From Anaeromyxobacteraceae bacterium (GTDB taxonomy: Bacteria; Myxococcota; Myxococcia; Myxococcales; Anaeromyxobacteraceae): a stretch of DNA of 64,000 nucleotides. Positions 23,467-38,135 of the stretch are shown piece after piece (position 1 is the first letter of the stretch; each line of letters starts with the position of its first letter). The notes under the pieces are model-generated. The model worked only from the letters and a program-made list of their open reading frames with translations, was not told the DNA's origin and ran no database searches. The position numbers and the translations under genes are program-made. Location: positions 448,001 through 512,000 of the forward strand of contig JAULAX010000017.1 of assembly GCA_032654565.1 (NCBI GenBank), read 5' to 3'.

Positions 23467-24141
23467 TTAGGCGCGATCGGTGCGGCTGGAGCGCGGGGCG
23501 CGGGTGGCGGCCGACTGCGGCAGCACCTCGCCCTTCATGATCCAGACCTTGCAGCCGATCTTGCCGTAGGTGGTCTTGGCCTCGGCGAAGCCGTAGTCGA
23601 TGTCGGCGCGGAGCGTGTGCAGCGGAACGCGCCCCTCGCGGTACCACTCGTAGCGGGCGATCTCGGCGCCGCCGAGCCGGCCCGAGCAGGCCACGCGGAT
23701 GCCCTTGGCCCCGAACTTGAGGGCGGTCTGGACCGCCTTCTTCATGGCCCGCCGGAAGGCGATGCGCCGCTCCAGCTGGGTGCAGATGTTCTCGGCCACC
23801 AGCTGGGCGTCGGTCTCGGCCTTCCGGACCTCGACCACGTTCAGGTAGACCTCGCTCTGGGTGAGGGCCTGGATGTCCTTCTTGATGGTCTCGATCCCGG
23901 CGCCGCGCTTGCCGATGACGATGCCCGGCCGGGCGGTGTGGACGTTGATCTTGACCTTGTTGGCGGCGCGCTCGATCTCGACGCGGGAGACCCCGGCGGC
24001 GCCGAGCTTCTCCTTGACGAACTCACGGAGGTGGATGTCCTCGTGAAGCCACTTGGCGTAGTTCCGCTCCTCGTACCACTTGGAGTCCCAGGAGCGGATG
24101 ACCCCGAGGCGGAACCCAATCGGATGGACTTTCTGACCCAC
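23467..24141 (-). CDS. rpsC: 30S ribosomal protein S3
   Basis: [40 protein letters not shown]. Confidence 0.98.
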   Translation of the reverse strand: MGQKVHPIGFRLGVIRSWDSKWYEERNYAKWLHEDIHLREFVKEKLGAAGVSRVEIERAANKVKINVHTARPGIVIGKRGAGIETIKKDIQALTQSEVYLNVVEVRKAETDAQLVAENICTQLERRIAFRRAMKKAVQTALKFGAKGIRVACSGRLGGAEIARYEWYREGRVPLHTLRADIDYGFAEAKTTYGKIGCKVWIMKGEVLPQSAATRAPRSSRTDRA

Positions 24142-24158
24142 GTTCGTCTCCTTGGCCG

Positions 24159-24593
24159 CTAGCGGCCAGCGGTCCCGAGTTCCACGTACACGTGGCTCGT
24201 CTTCTTCTCGATGCGGAAGGCGCGACCCATGGCGCGCGGCATGAAGCGCCGCATCTTCGGACCCTGGTCGACGGTGAGCGTCTTGACCACCAGCGCGTCG
24301 ACGTCGACGCGCCCGCCCTTGTTCTCGGCGTTGGCGACCGCCGAGCGGAGCAGCTTGGCCAGCGGCTTGGCCGCCGCCTGGGGGCGGAACTTGAGGTCGG
24401 CCAGCGCGGCGCCGACCGGCATGCCGCGGATGGTGTCGGCCACCAGCCGCACCTTGCGCGGCGCCAGCCGCAGGAAGCGCAGGCTGGCGTGCGGCCCGGG
24501 CGGGGGCGGCGCGGGGCGGTTCTTGCGGGAGCGCGGCAGCGGCGGGGCGCGCCGCACGCGCTTCACGGTCTTCTTGGTTTCGGTCTCGGCCAT
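24159..24593 (-). CDS. rplV: 50S ribosomal protein L22 with an Arg/Pro-rich N-terminal extension
   Basis: [24 protein letters not shown]. Confidence 0.97.
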   Translation of the reverse strand: MAETETKKTVKRVRRAPPLPRSRKNRPAPPPPGPHASLRFLRLAPRKVRLVADTIRGMPVGAALADLKFRPQAAAKPLAKLLRSAVANAENKGGRVDVDALVVKTLTVDQGPKMRRFMPRAMGRAFRIEKKTSHVYVELGTAGR

Positions 24594-24605
24594 ATCCGTT
24601 CCTCG

Positions 24606-24905
24606 CTACTTCTTGGGCGGCGGCGCAGAGGTCGTCGCGACCTTCTTCTCCGCCGAGTGACCGACGAAGGTGCGGGTCGGAGCAAACTCGCCGAGCTTGT
24701 GCCCGACCATGTTCTCGGTCACGAAGACGGGCACGAACTTCTTGCCGTTGTGCACGGCGAAGGTGTGTCCCACGAAGTCGGGGAGGATGGTGCTCCTCCG
24801 CGACCAGGTCTTGATGACCGACTTCTTGCTGCCCTTGTTCGCCTCCTCGACCTTCTTGGTGAGGTGCTTGTCCGCGAACGGGCCCTTCTTGATTGAACGC
24901 GCCAT
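24606..24905 (-). CDS. rpsS: 30S ribosomal protein S19
   Basis: [16 protein letters not shown]. Confidence 0.98.
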   Translation of the reverse strand: MARSIKKGPFADKHLTKKVEEANKGSKKSVIKTWSRRSTILPDFVGHTFAVHNGKKFVPVFVTENMVGHKLGEFAPTRTFVGHSAEKKVATTSAPPPKK

Positions 24906-24929
24906 GTTTCCCAGATCCCTTCGCGCAGG

Positions 24930-25778
24930 CTACTGCGGCGTGTTGCGCACGCCCGGCTTGCGCCGCGAGACGATGAACTTGTCGGTGCGCCGGTTGTTGC
25001 GGGTCTTGAGGCCCTTGGTCTTCTGTCCCCAAGGCGAAACCGGGTGCGGGTTGCCCTGCCCCGACTTGCCCTCGCCGCCACCGTGCGGGTGGTCGACCGG
25101 GTTCATGGCCAGGCCGCGGACGGTCGGGCGGATGCCCTTCCAGCGGCTCTTGCCGGCCTTGCCGGAGCGGACGCTGGAGCTCTCGATGTTGGAGAGCTGG
25201 CCCACCGTGGCCCGGCAGTCGAGCTGCACCTGGCGGACCTCGCCGGAGGGCATGCGGATCTGGGCGTGGTCGCCTTCCTTGGCCATGAGCTGGCCGAAGG
25301 AACCCGCCGAGCGGATCATCTTGGCGCCGGAGCCGGGCTGGCTCTCGACGTTGTGGATGACGGTGCCGAGCGGGATGCTCTTGACCGGCAGGGAGTTGCC
25401 GGGGCGGATGTCCACCCCCTCGCCCGAGGTCAGCACGTCGCCCACCGCGACGCCGATGGGCGCCAGGATGTAGCGCTTCTCGCCGTCCTTGTAGTGGAGC
25501 AGCGCCAGCCGGGAGGTCCGGTTGGGATCGTACTCGATGGAGGCCACCTTGGCCGGCACCCCATCCTTGTCCCGCCGCCAGTCGATGATCCGGTAGCGGC
25601 GCTTGTGACCGCCGCCGATGTGGCGGGTGGTGATGTGGCCGTGGTTGTTGCGTCCACCGGTCCGCTTGACGGTCTTGGTGAGCTTCTTCTCCGGCTTCGC
25701 CTTGGTGATCTCGGCGAAGTCGGCCACCGTCATGTGGCGCCGCGCGGCGCTGGTCGGCTTGTAGCTCTTGAGGCCCAT
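24930..25778 (-). CDS. rplB: 50S ribosomal protein L2
   Basis: [21 protein letters not shown]. Confidence 0.98.
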   Translation of the reverse strand: MGLKSYKPTSAARRHMTVADFAEITKAKPEKKLTKTVKRTGGRNNHGHITTRHIGGGHKRRYRIIDWRRDKDGVPAKVASIEYDPNRTSRLALLHYKDGEKRYILAPIGVAVGDVLTSGEGVDIRPGNSLPVKSIPLGTVIHNVESQPGSGAKMIRSAGSFGQLMAKEGDHAQIRMPSGEVRQVQLDCRATVGQLSNIESSSVRSGKAGKSRWKGIRPTVRGLAMNPVDHPHGGGEGKSGQGNPHPVSPWGQKTKGLKTRNNRRTDKFIVSRRKPGVRNTPQ

Positions 25779-25790
25779 GATCTCTCCCGG

Positions 25791-26090
25791 TTAGGCCGAG
25801 GTCCCCTCGAAGAGGGCGATGGTCTCGCCGTCCTTGAGGGTCACGAAGGCCTTCTTCCAATTGGGCCGCCGGCCGGAGCTCTTGCCGACCCGCTTGTTCT
25901 TGCCGCGCGCGATGGCGGTGCGAACCGCCAGCACGTGGACGCTGAACAGCTTCTCCACGGCCTGCTTCACCTGGATCTTGGTGGCGTCGCGGTGCACCTC
26001 GAAGGCGAAGGAACGGCTCGCCTCGCGGTTGCGCTCGGCCTTCTCGGTGATGAGCGGGCGCTTCACGATCTCCTCGACGGTCAGGATCAT
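25791..26090 (-). CDS. rplW: 50S ribosomal protein L23
   Basis: [15 protein letters not shown]. Confidence 0.97.
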   Translation of the reverse strand: MILTVEEIVKRPLITEKAERNREASRSFAFEVHRDATKIQVKQAVEKLFSVHVLAVRTAIARGKNKRVGKSSGRRPNWKKAFVTLKDGETIALFEGTSA

Positions 26091-26707
26091 GACAGGGCCT
26101 CCTCGATCTTCCGGGCCGTGGCCGCGGTCAGCACCAGGGTGTCGTGCTTGAGGATGTCGTAGACGTTGAGCCCCTCGACGGCGAGGAAGTCGGCGCCGGC
26201 CAGGTTGCGCACCGACTTGGCGAGGGCGACGTTGCGGCCGTCGTCCACCACCAGCGCCTTCTTGACGCCGAGCTTGGCGAGCACCTTGGCCGCCGTCGAC
26301 GTCTTGGGCGTGCCCGGCTCCCACTTCTCGACGATCAGCAGCTTCTTGTCGTTGCCGCGCAGGGCCAGCGCCGAGCGGAGGGCCGCCTTGCGGACCTTCT
26401 TGGGCACGTCGTAGGAGTAGTCGCGTGGCTTCGGCCCCATGGCCTTGCCGCCGCCCACCCAGTGCGAGGCGCGGGTCGAGCCCTGGCGGGCGCGGCCGGT
26501 CCCCTTCTGCTTCCAGGGCTTCTTGCCGCCGCCGGACACGAGGGAGCGGTTCTTGACCGCGTGGGTACCGGAGCGGTCGGAGGCCAGCTTGGCCTTGACC
26601 ACTTCGTAGAAGAGATGCTCATTCACCTCGCCGGCGAAGACGGCGTCGGCGAGCTCCAGCTCACCCACCTTCTTCTTCTCGAGGTCGTAGATGTCGAACT
26701 TGGCCAT
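26087..26707 (-). CDS. rplD: 50S ribosomal protein L4
   Basis: [19 protein letters not shown]. Confidence 0.98.
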   Translation of the reverse strand: MAKFDIYDLEKKKVGELELADAVFAGEVNEHLFYEVVKAKLASDRSGTHAVKNRSLVSGGGKKPWKQKGTGRARQGSTRASHWVGGGKAMGPKPRDYSYDVPKKVRKAALRSALALRGNDKKLLIVEKWEPGTPKTSTAAKVLAKLGVKKALVVDDGRNVALAKSVRNLAGADFLAVEGLNVYDILKHDTLVLTAATARKIEEALS

Positions 26708-26718
26708 GGTGCCCTCGG

Positions 26719-27024
26719 CTACTTGATCTCGACGTCCACGCCGGCCGACAGATCCAGCTTCATGAGCGCGTCGAGGGTCTGGGCCGTCGGCTCGAGGATG
26801 TCGAGGAGCCGCTTGTGGGTCCGGATCTCGAACTGCTCCCGCGACTTCTTGTCGACGTGCGGGCTGCGCAGGACGGTGAACTTGTTGATCCTGGTGGGAA
26901 GCGGAATCGGGCCGGCCACCTTGGCGCCGGTCCGACGTGCGGTCTCCACGATCTCGCTGGCCGACTGGTCGAGCAGCTTGTAGTCGTAGGCCTTGAGCCG
27001 GATCCTGATTTTCTGCGATGCCAT
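26719..27024 (-). CDS. rpsJ: 30S ribosomal protein S10
   Basis: [23 protein letters not shown]. Confidence 0.98.
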   Translation of the reverse strand: MASQKIRIRLKAYDYKLLDQSASEIVETARRTGAKVAGPIPLPTRINKFTVLRSPHVDKKSREQFEIRTHKRLLDILEPTAQTLDALMKLDLSAGVDVEIK

Positions 27025-27117
27025 CGAAAAGCCTTCTCTCTGTGCTCGGCGCTGCGCGGTGATGGGAGGCTCGAATACCATGGCGAGCCCCTCGCCGCCG
27101 TCCGCCAGGCAAACCTT

Positions 27118-28308
<1,191 letters not shown>

Positions 28309-28350
28309 GGTGCGCGCTCTCCTTCCCGATGATCGGTGACGGTGCTGGGG

Positions 28351-30444
<2,094 letters not shown>

Positions 30445-30598
30445 GATCTTCTCTTCCTGTACCTTCGTGCGTGCGCGATACGAGGGTCGCCGACGCGGCG
30501 AGCCTCACGACCAAACCGAGCTGTCAAAGAGCGAAGCGGGTTCTATCTTGAACCGTGCCGGCGCAGCCGGCCGCTCTCCAAAAGCCTCCTCTGAAATC

Positions 30599-31069
30599 CT
30601 ACCAACGGTAATGGGCGAAGGCCTTGTTGGCCTCGGCCATCTTGTGCGTGTCTTCGCGCTTCTTCACCGCGTTGCCGCGGTTGGAGGCGGCGTCCATGAT
30701 CTCGCCAGCCAGCTTCTCGGTCATGGTCTTCTCGCCGCGGGCGTGCGAGTACTCGATGAGCCAGCGCATGGCCAGGGCCACCCGGCGATCCTGGCGGACC
30801 TCCACCGGGACCTGGTAGGTGGCGCCGCCGACCCGGCGGCTCTTCACCTCGACCACCGGCTTGACGTTGTCGAGCGCCTTCTTGAAGACCTTGAGCGGGT
30901 CGTCCTTGAGCTTGGACTCGACCTGGTCGAAGGCGCCGTAGAGGATCTGCTCGGCGGTGGACTTCTTGCCCTGCCGCATCAGGTCGTTGATGAACTTGGC
31001 CACCAGCCGATCCTGGAACTTCGGATCGGCCAGGATCTTGCGCTTCTCGACTACGCGACGACGAGGCAT
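30599..31069 (-). CDS. rpsG: 30S ribosomal protein S7
   Basis: [24 protein letters not shown]. Confidence 0.99.
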   Translation of the reverse strand: MPRRRVVEKRKILADPKFQDRLVAKFINDLMRQGKKSTAEQILYGAFDQVESKLKDDPLKVFKKALDNVKPVVEVKSRRVGGATYQVPVEVRQDRRVALAMRWLIEYSHARGEKTMTEKLAGEIMDAASNRGNAVKKREDTHKMAEANKAFAHYRW

Positions 31070-31095
31070 CGAAAGTCCTTATCCCTGCTACTTGG

Positions 31096-31144
31096 GGCGC
31101 GTGGCGCCGTTCCGTTGAGCGACGGCGCGTGGCGCCGTACCGTT
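31096..31144. repeat. Imperfect 21-nt direct repeat (period 28) between rpsL and rpsG
   Basis: ggcgcgtggcgccgttccgtt and ggcgcgtggcgccgtaccgtt. Confidence 0.8.
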
Positions 31145-31515
31145 TAGCTTGGGCGCTTCGCGCCGTACTTCGAGCGGCTCTGCTTGCGCCCCTGGACGCC
31201 GACGGCGTCGAGGGTTCCGCGGACGATGTGGTAGCGGACGCCGGGGAGGTCCTTGACGCGGCCGCCGCGGATCAGCACCACCGAGTGCTCCTGGAGGTTG
31301 TGACCGACGCCGGGGATGTAGCTGGTGACCTCGAAGCCGTTGGTGAGGCGGACGCGGGCCACCTTGCGGAGGGCCGAGTTCGGCTTCTTGGGCGTCGTGG
31401 TGTAGACGCGCGTGCAGACCCCGCGCTTCTGCGGAGACTCCTTGAGGGCCGGAGCCTTCCTCTTCACCGCAAGCTTCTCGCGCCCCTTGCGCACGAGCTG
31501 GCTGATCGTCGGCAT
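31144..31515 (-). CDS. rpsL: 30S ribosomal protein S12
   Basis: [21 protein letters not shown]. Confidence 0.99.
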   Translation of the reverse strand: MPTISQLVRKGREKLAVKRKAPALKESPQKRGVCTRVYTTTPKKPNSALRKVARVRLTNGFEVTSYIPGVGHNLQEHSVVLIRGGRVKDLPGVRYHIVRGTLDAVGVQGRKQSRSKYGAKRPS

Positions 31516-31596
31516 CGGTTACGAGCTCTTTCTTCAGCAAAATCGCCCGTCGACGGTGCGGCGGGCGAACTGGAACCCTCGGGTTGAGGGCGGCGA

Positions 31597-31624
31597 ATTA
31601 TACGGATCCGTCTTCGAGAGTCAA
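31597..31624 (-). promoter_or_regulatory. Sigma70 promoter of the str operon
   Basis: TTGACT-N16-TATAAT followed by a GC-rich discriminator. Confidence 0.75.
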
Positions 31625-31713
31625 GCCCTGCAGCCCCTGACGAGCGAATCGGGCACGACGGGAGGCGCTATGTACTTGAAGACGCGCCGTTTGCCAAGTC
31701 CTCCCTTCACTTT

Positions 31714-32844
31714 TCAGGCCTTTGGAGGACTCCGAAGAGGTGGGAGCCCCGCCAGCAGCGCCCGAACGGCTGATGAAATCCCCAGGCGCTCCACCTCCAT
31801 GGAGGTGGCCCAGCAGAGACCTGGCCCCGCCAGGCCGGCCGGGGCGCGCACCCGCCACGCCACAAGCTCCAGCCGGCGGTGGGTGAGCGTCCGCTCCACC
31901 CGGGCCAGCTCCGGCCCCACCTCCACCCGGGTCCCCAGCGCGCGGAAGAGCCCCTGCCGCAGCGCTTTCCGCGCCGCGGCGGCCGGGAGCGGACCGGCCG
32001 GCAGCGCCACCGCAGGCGGCGCCCAGAGCCCGGCGAAGAGCCCGGGGGCGGGGCGGCGCTGCAGGAGCCGCCGCCCGCCCTGGTCGACCACGGCGAACCC
32101 CAGCCGCTGCCGCACCGGCACCGCCCGCCGCCGCGCCGGCGGCAGCTCCCGCTCCCGCCCGGCCCGCCTCGCCTCGCAGAGCGGGGCCACCGGGCAGCGC
32201 GTGCAGCGCGGCGCCGGCTTCACGCAGCGTGTGGCGCCCAGCTCGATCAGGGCCTGGGTCCAGTCGCCGGGCCGCTCCGGCCCCAGCAGCGCCCCGGCCA
32301 GGGCCCGCAGCCGCGCGCCGGTGGCGGCGGCCTCGGCGGGCCCCTCGACGGCGAAGAGGCGCGCCAGCACCCGGGCCACGTTCCCGTCCACCGCCGGCGC
32401 CGGGATCCCGAAGGCGATCGAGGCCACCGCCCCGGCCGTGTAGGGGCCGAAGCCGGGGAGCGCCGCCAGGGCCGGCAGCGACGCCGGCAGGGCCCCGTGG
32501 CGGGCCAGGGCCTCCCCGGCGGCCCGGTGGAGCGACCGGGCCCGGGCGTAGTAGCCGAGGCCGCTCCAGGCCTCCAGCACCTCCTCCTCCGGCGCCGCCG
32601 CCAGCGCCTCCAGCGTGGGGAAGCGGGCCAGGAAGCGCCGGTAGTAGGGGATGACCCGCGCCACCTGGGTCTGCTGCAGCATGGCCTCGGAGATCCAGAC
32701 CCGGTAGGGATCGGCCTCCCCCTCGGCGAAGCGCCAGGGGAAGTCGCGCCGGGCGGCGTCGTACCAGGCCAGCAGCCGGCGGCGCAGGGCGGCGCGGCGG
32801 GCCGGGGTGACCCGGAGGGCCGGGAGGGATCGGGGGCGGGCCAT
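31714..32844 (-). CDS. mutY: A/G-specific adenine glycosylase
   Basis: SEAMLQQTQV, WSGLGYYARAR, HhH LPGFGPYTA, VDGNV, four-Cys Fe-S motif. Confidence 0.95.
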   Translation of the reverse strand: MARPRSLPALRVTPARRAALRRRLLAWYDAARRDFPWRFAEGEADPYRVWISEAMLQQTQVARVIPYYRRFLARFPTLEALAAAPEEEVLEAWSGLGYYARARSLHRAAGEALARHGALPASLPALAALPGFGPYTAGAVASIAFGIPAPAVDGNVARVLARLFAVEGPAEAAATGARLRALAGALLGPERPGDWTQALIELGATRCVKPAPRCTRCPVAPLCEARRAGRERELPPARRRAVPVRQRLGFAVVDQGGRRLLQRRPAPGLFAGLWAPPAVALPAGPLPAAAARKALRQGLFRALGTRVEVGPELARVERTLTHRRLELVAWRVRAPAGLAGPGLCWATSMEVERLGISSAVRALLAGLPPLRSPPKA

Positions 32845-32914
32845 GGCGCGCTGGAACGCGAGCGAGCCCGGCCACCGTGGCGGCGACCGGGCTCGCGGCG
32901 AGGCGGGGCGGCGG

Positions 32915-33520
32915 CTACTTCACCCGCTTGTCGATCGCCTCCCAGTCGACGTTCTTGAGGAAGGCCTCGACGTACTTGCCACGCTCGTAGGCCTTGTAGT
33001 CGCGCATGAAGGCGTGCTCCCAGCCGTCGAGCGCCACCACCGTGCTGAAGCCGGTGGGCACGCCGTTCTCGTGCAGGGTGATGAAGTGGTTGGAGAGCCA
33101 GCCGGTGTTGGGGTCCTGGAAGGTCATGGCCCAGCCGATGCCCGGCATGGTGGCCACCGCCTTGAAGTCGGCCAGCCAGAGGTCGAAGGAGCCGTAGCTG
33201 GCCTCCACCGCCTTGCGGAACTTCGAGCCGGCCGCCGGCGCGGCCTGGGCCCCGGGGGTGAGGTTGCCGAAGTAGTACTCGTGGTTGATCATGCCGCCGT
33301 ACTCGAAGCCGAGGCGGCGGGTCAGCTCGGCGTAGACCGGGTCGGCGCCGGAGGCCTTGCCCTCGCTGGCGAGCGCGAAGAGCTTCTCGGTGAGGGCGTT
33401 GGTGCGCTTGACGTACCCTTCGTAGAGCTTGAAGTGCTCGTCGAGCTGGTCGTTGGAGATGCCCGCCAGCCCGCGGAGCTTCGAGAAGTCGTGCGGCGCG
33501 TACTTCTTCAGGTCAGCCAT
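32915..33520 (-). CDS. Fe/Mn superoxide dismutase
   Basis: Metal ligands in EHFKLY, NHEYYF and DGWEHAF. Confidence 0.9.
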   Translation of the reverse strand: MADLKKYAPHDFSKLRGLAGISNDQLDEHFKLYEGYVKRTNALTEKLFALASEGKASGADPVYAELTRRLGFEYGGMINHEYYFGNLTPGAQAAPAAGSKFRKAVEASYGSFDLWLADFKAVATMPGIGWAMTFQDPNTGWLSNHFITLHENGVPTGFSTVVALDGWEHAFMRDYKAYERGKYVEAFLKNVDWEAIDKRVK

Positions 33521-33660
33521 GATTCCTCCAGTGGCGCCGGGCCGAAGGGCCCGCGGGCACGGTTGTTCACCGTGCGATAAAGCCGGCGAGGCGCCGCGTC
33601 AAGGCATCCTTCGGGGCGGCGACGAACCGCCCGGGTGGAGCGGTGCTATACCCTCCCCTC

Positions 33661-34719
33661 ATGACCGGCGAGCCCAGCGTCGAGCCCAGCGCCGCGACCG
33701 GCCCCGGCCCCGACTCCAGCCCCGGTGCAGGCCCCCGCCGCCGGCGCTGGCTCGTCCGGGGCGCCTGGCTCGCCCTGCTCCTCCCGGTGGCCGGCCTGGG
33801 GGCCCTCTGGCTCAGCCTCCCCGACCCCGCCGCCTGGGCCAGGGCCAACCCCACCACCACGGCGCTGGTCGAGCAGCGACGGGCCGAGGCGCTGGCCGCC
33901 GGGCGACGCTTCCGGCCGGCCATGGCCTGGGTGCCGCTGGAGCGGATCTCCAGGCGGCTGGTGGAGGCGGTGGTGGCCTCGGAGGACGCCACCTTCTTCA
34001 GCCACGGCGGCTTCGACTGGGCGGCGCTCCGGGAGGCCTTCCGGCTCAACCTGGCCAGCGGCCGCTACGCCCGCGGCGGCTCCACCATCACCCAGCAGCT
34101 GGCCAAGAACCTGGCCCTGGGGACCGAGAAGAGCCTGCTGCGCAAGGCCCGGGAGGCGCTGCTGACCGCCGGGCTGGAGCGCCGGCTCGACAAGCGCCGC
34201 CTGCTGGCCCTCTACCTCAACGTGGTGGAGTGGGGCGACGGGGTCTTCGGGGTCGAGGCCGGGGCCCGGCGCCACTTCGCCACCGGCGCCGCCGAGCTCA
34301 CCACGGCCCAGGCGGTGCTGCTCGCCTCCATGCTCCCGGCCCCGCGGCGAGCCGCCCTCTCACCGGCGCCGGCCTGGCTGGCGGCCCGGTCCCGAGGGCT
34401 GCTCGACCGGCTCCGCGACGAGCAGGTGATCCCGCCGCCCGAGCACGCCGCCGCCCGGGCCGAGCTGGAGCGGTACCTGGGCCGGACCCCGCCGACGCCC
34501 CCGGGCGACGAGGAGGCCGAGCCCCCGCCGGACGACGCTCCGGCCGCGCCGGTCGAGGGTGTCGAGGCGCCCCTGCCCTCCCCCTCCGCCGAGGCTCCGA
34601 CCGAGGCTCCGACCGGGGCCGAGAGCGGCGCCGCGGCGCCGGCGCCAGGCCCTGCGGCCGAGCCTCCGACCGCCGACCCCGCCTCGCCCCTCCCGCCGGC
34701 TACCCCCGCCGCGCCCTGA
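33661..34719 (+). CDS. mtgA: Monofunctional peptidoglycan transglycosylase with a Pro/Ala-rich tail
   Basis: SEDATFFSHGGFD, GGSTITQQLAKNL, RKARE, YLNVVEWG. Confidence 0.9.
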   Translation: MTGEPSVEPSAATGPGPDSSPGAGPRRRRWLVRGAWLALLLPVAGLGALWLSLPDPAAWARANPTTTALVEQRRAEALAAGRRFRPAMAWVPLERISRRLVEAVVASEDATFFSHGGFDWAALREAFRLNLASGRYARGGSTITQQLAKNLALGTEKSLLRKAREALLTAGLERRLDKRRLLALYLNVVEWGDGVFGVEAGARRHFATGAAELTTAQAVLLASMLPAPRRAALSPAPAWLAARSRGLLDRLRDEQVIPPPEHAAARAELERYLGRTPPTPPGDEEAEPPPDDAPAAPVEGVEAPLPSPSAEAPTEAPTGAESGAAAPAPGPAAEPPTADPASPLPPATPAAP

Positions 34720-35632
34720 AGAACTCGAAGGTCCGGGCCAGCCCCTGGTCGATGGTGACCTCGGGCCTCCAGCCCAGCGCCCTCCCGGCCGCGGCCGGGT
34801 CGATGCAGGAGCGGCGCTGCTCGCCCAGTCGCCCCTCGGCGTGCAGCGGCGGCGCCACCGAGCCGGCGGCGCTGGACAGCCCGGCATGCAGCCGGAGGAC
34901 GTCGGTCTCCACGCCGGTCCCGACGTTGAGGGCCCCGGCGAAGGAGCGCTCCGCCGCCAGCAGGTTGGCGCGGGCCACGTCGCCGACGAAGACGTAGTCG
35001 CGGGTCTGCTTCCCGTCGCCGTAGATGGTGCAGGGCTTCCCGTCGAGCAGCCGGCCGCAGAAGATGGCCACCACCCCGGCCTCGCCGTGCGGGTCCTGGC
35101 GGGGGCCGTAGACGTTGGCGTAGCGGAGCGCGGCGTAGGGGATCCCGTAGTTGGCCTGGAAGACCCCCAGGTAGAGCTCGCTGGCCGCCTTGGCCGCCCC
35201 GTAATGGGAGAGCGGTCGCTGCGGGTGGCTCTCCGGGGTGGGGATGACCGGGGTGTCGCCGTAGGTGGCCCCGCCGCTGGAGGCGAAGAGCACCTGCCGC
35301 ACCGACCCGGCCCGCACCGCCGCCTGCATCAGGTTGAGCAGGCCGCCCAGGTTGACGTCGGCGTCGAGGCGCGGATCGGCCATGGAGCGGCGCACGTCGA
35401 TCTGCGCGGCGTGGTGGCAGAGCACGTCGGGGCGCTCCCGCTCCACCGCCTCGGCGGCGGCGGCGCTGCGGACGTCGCACGGGTAGAAGCGGGCCTCGGC
35501 CGGCACGTTCTCGCGCCTGCCGGAGGAGAGGTCGTCGACGACGGCCACCTCCCACCCGGCACCCAGGAAGGCGTCGGCGATGGTCGAGCCGATGAAGCCG
35601 GCCCCGCCGGTGATGAGGATCCTCTTCGACAT
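34700..35632 (-). CDS. NAD-dependent epimerase (UDP-glucose 4-epimerase-like)
   Basis: GGAGFIGS, YGAAK, RYANVYGPRQ. Confidence 0.9.
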   Translation of the reverse strand: MSKRILITGGAGFIGSTIADAFLGAGWEVAVVDDLSSGRRENVPAEARFYPCDVRSAAAAEAVERERPDVLCHHAAQIDVRRSMADPRLDADVNLGGLLNLMQAAVRAGSVRQVLFASSGGATYGDTPVIPTPESHPQRPLSHYGAAKAASELYLGVFQANYGIPYAALRYANVYGPRQDPHGEAGVVAIFCGRLLDGKPCTIYGDGKQTRDYVFVGDVARANLLAAERSFAGALNVGTGVETDVLRLHAGLSSAAGSVAPPLHAEGRLGEQRRSCIDPAAAGRALGWRPEVTIDQGLARTFEFFRARRG

Positions 35633-35666
35633 GTCGCTCCCCTGCGGGGTGGCGCCCGCGGCCCCG

Positions 35667-35734
35667 CCGCACGAAATCTGGTCCGCACGAAATCTGGTCC
35701 GCTCGGCGTCCGGTCCGCTCGGCGTCCGGCCCGC

Positions 35735-35736
<2 letters not shown>
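35667..35736. repeat. 16-bp-period tandem array (2+2 units)
   Basis: ccgcacgaaatctggt x2, then ccgctcggcgtccgg(t/c) x2. Confidence 0.85.
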
Positions 35737-36685
<949 letters not shown>

Positions 36686-36692
36686 GGTCGGG

Positions 36693-36887
36693 CTAGCGCT
36701 TTCCCCGGCCGAGATCGTCGAGGGTCAGCTGGCCGGGCAGGGCCCCGCGGTACTGCTCCAGCACCAGGTCGATCCCCTGGCGGATGTACTCGGCCACCGG
36801 GACCCGGGTGCGGTCGTGGAGGAGCTTCAGCGCCTCGCCCTGCTCCGGGGTGATGTAGACGGTGGTGGAGATTTTCTTTCGAGCCAT
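36693..36887 (-). CDS. Ribbon-helix-helix DNA-binding protein
   Basis: N-terminal strand STTVYI followed by two helices (…[13 protein letters not shown]). Confidence 0.8.
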   Translation of the reverse strand: MARKKISTTVYITPEQGEALKLLHDRTRVPVAEYIRQGIDLVLEQYRGALPGQLTLDDLGRGKR

Positions 36888-36904
36888 GGCGGGTCTGCCC
36901 GGTG

Positions 36905-36982
36905 AAGGTAGGTGAGCGAGGGGGTGCTGTCAAACCCGCAGCTCGGCGCGCCTTGAGCGCCGCGCCGGGCCGGCGCTACAAT
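36905..36982. promoter_or_regulatory. Divergent sigma70 promoter pair
   Basis: Minus strand TTGACA-N17-TACCTT (36933-36905); plus strand TTGAGC-N18-TACAAT (36953-36982). Confidence 0.55.
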
Positions 36983-37011
36983 GCCGGCCCAAGCCCGAGA
37001 GGACCTCCGAC

Positions 37012-37623
37012 ATGCGTCGAATCGCCGTCGCCGTCGCCCTGCTGCTCAGCACCGCCTGCGGCTCCAAGCAGAAGGTCCTCCCTCCCGCCCCGGGTCGGGA
37101 GAACGTCCCCGTGCACACCGCCGGCGCCCCCAGGCCGGGCGAGACCGTCCACGAGTACGACCTGAACCACGACGGCCGCACCGACGTCTGGACCTACACG
37201 GCGAAGGGGGCCGACGGCAAGGAGGTGGTGGTCCGCAAGGAGAAGGACCTCAACAACGACGGCTCCGTCGACACCTGGGAGGAGTACCTGCCGGACGCCA
37301 CCCTCTCCCGGCTGACCTACGACATGGACTTCGACGGCAAGCCCGACGTCACCCTCTTCTTCGAGAAGGACCAGCTGGTCCGCAAGGAGTACGCGTTCGG
37401 CTTCGACGGCGTCCCCCACACCTTCAACTACTACGAGAAGAACAAGCTGGTGCGCAAGGAGCGGGACACCAACGGCGACGGCAAGATCGACACCTGGGAG
37501 TACTGGGAGGGAGGCGAGGTCGATCGCGTCGGCGTCGACCTCGACAACGACGGCCAGGTCGATCGCTGGGAGACCCGCAAGACCGCGCTGGCCCCGGCCG
37601 GCGAGGCCGGCCCGGCCAGGTAG
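37012..37623 (+). CDS. Lipoprotein with Dx[DN]xDG Ca-binding-like repeats
   Basis: Lipobox STAC, GAGGA RBS, five Dx[DN]xDGxxD motifs. Confidence 0.85.
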   Translation: MRRIAVAVALLLSTACGSKQKVLPPAPGRENVPVHTAGAPRPGETVHEYDLNHDGRTDVWTYTAKGADGKEVVVRKEKDLNNDGSVDTWEEYLPDATLSRLTYDMDFDGKPDVTLFFEKDQLVRKEYAFGFDGVPHTFNYYEKNKLVRKERDTNGDGKIDTWEYWEGGEVDRVGVDLDNDGQVDRWETRKTALAPAGEAGPAR

Positions 37624-38103
37624 TCACAGGGCGTAGCCGAGCCCCAGCACCGCCTCCGCCCCGACCCCGGCGCCGGAGGTCCAGCGGCAGCCCCCCGCCA
37701 GCGTCCACCAGAGCTCACGCCTGGCCCGCCACTCCACCCCGGCCCGGAGCGCCGCGGTCGGGGCCACCGCCCGCTCCGCGGTGGGCAGGCGGACCCCGGC
37801 CTCGACGCCGAGCAGGGGGCGCCAGCGCCCGACCTCGGGGCTCCAGCGCAGCCCCAGGGCCGACGTGGCGGCGTCCGCGCCGCGGCCGATCGGCCGAACC
37901 GCGGACTCGAAGCCGAGCCTGGCCTCGGCCTCGACGTCGCCGGCGAGCCAGGTGGAGGTGACCAGGGTGAGCCGCCCGGCGGCCCCTCCGGAGGGGCGGG
38001 AGACGGCGGATTCCAGGGAGATTCCGATGGGCCCGGCCAGGGCGGGCGCCGCGGTGGGGAGGGCGAGCAGCAGGGACACGGCCAACAGGGTCTGGGTTCG
38101 CAT
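37624..38103 (-). CDS. Small exported protein, probable outer-membrane beta-barrel
   Basis: Signal peptide (…APALA), alternating beta pattern, ends LGLGYAL. Confidence 0.6.
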   Translation of the reverse strand: MRTQTLLAVSLLLALPTAAPALAGPIGISLESAVSRPSGGAAGRLTLVTSTWLAGDVEAEARLGFESAVRPIGRGADAATSALGLRWSPEVGRWRPLLGVEAGVRLPTAERAVAPTAALRAGVEWRARRELWWTLAGGCRWTSGAGVGAEAVLGLGYAL

Positions 38104-38135
38104 GTGGCACGACGAGAGCAAGGTCCGTGCTCACC

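Noticed and set aside
34490..34719. Repeats in the mtgA tail (ccgaggctccga x2) and the 20-nt convergent overlap
   Set aside because: Ordinary low-complexity Pro/Ala tail.
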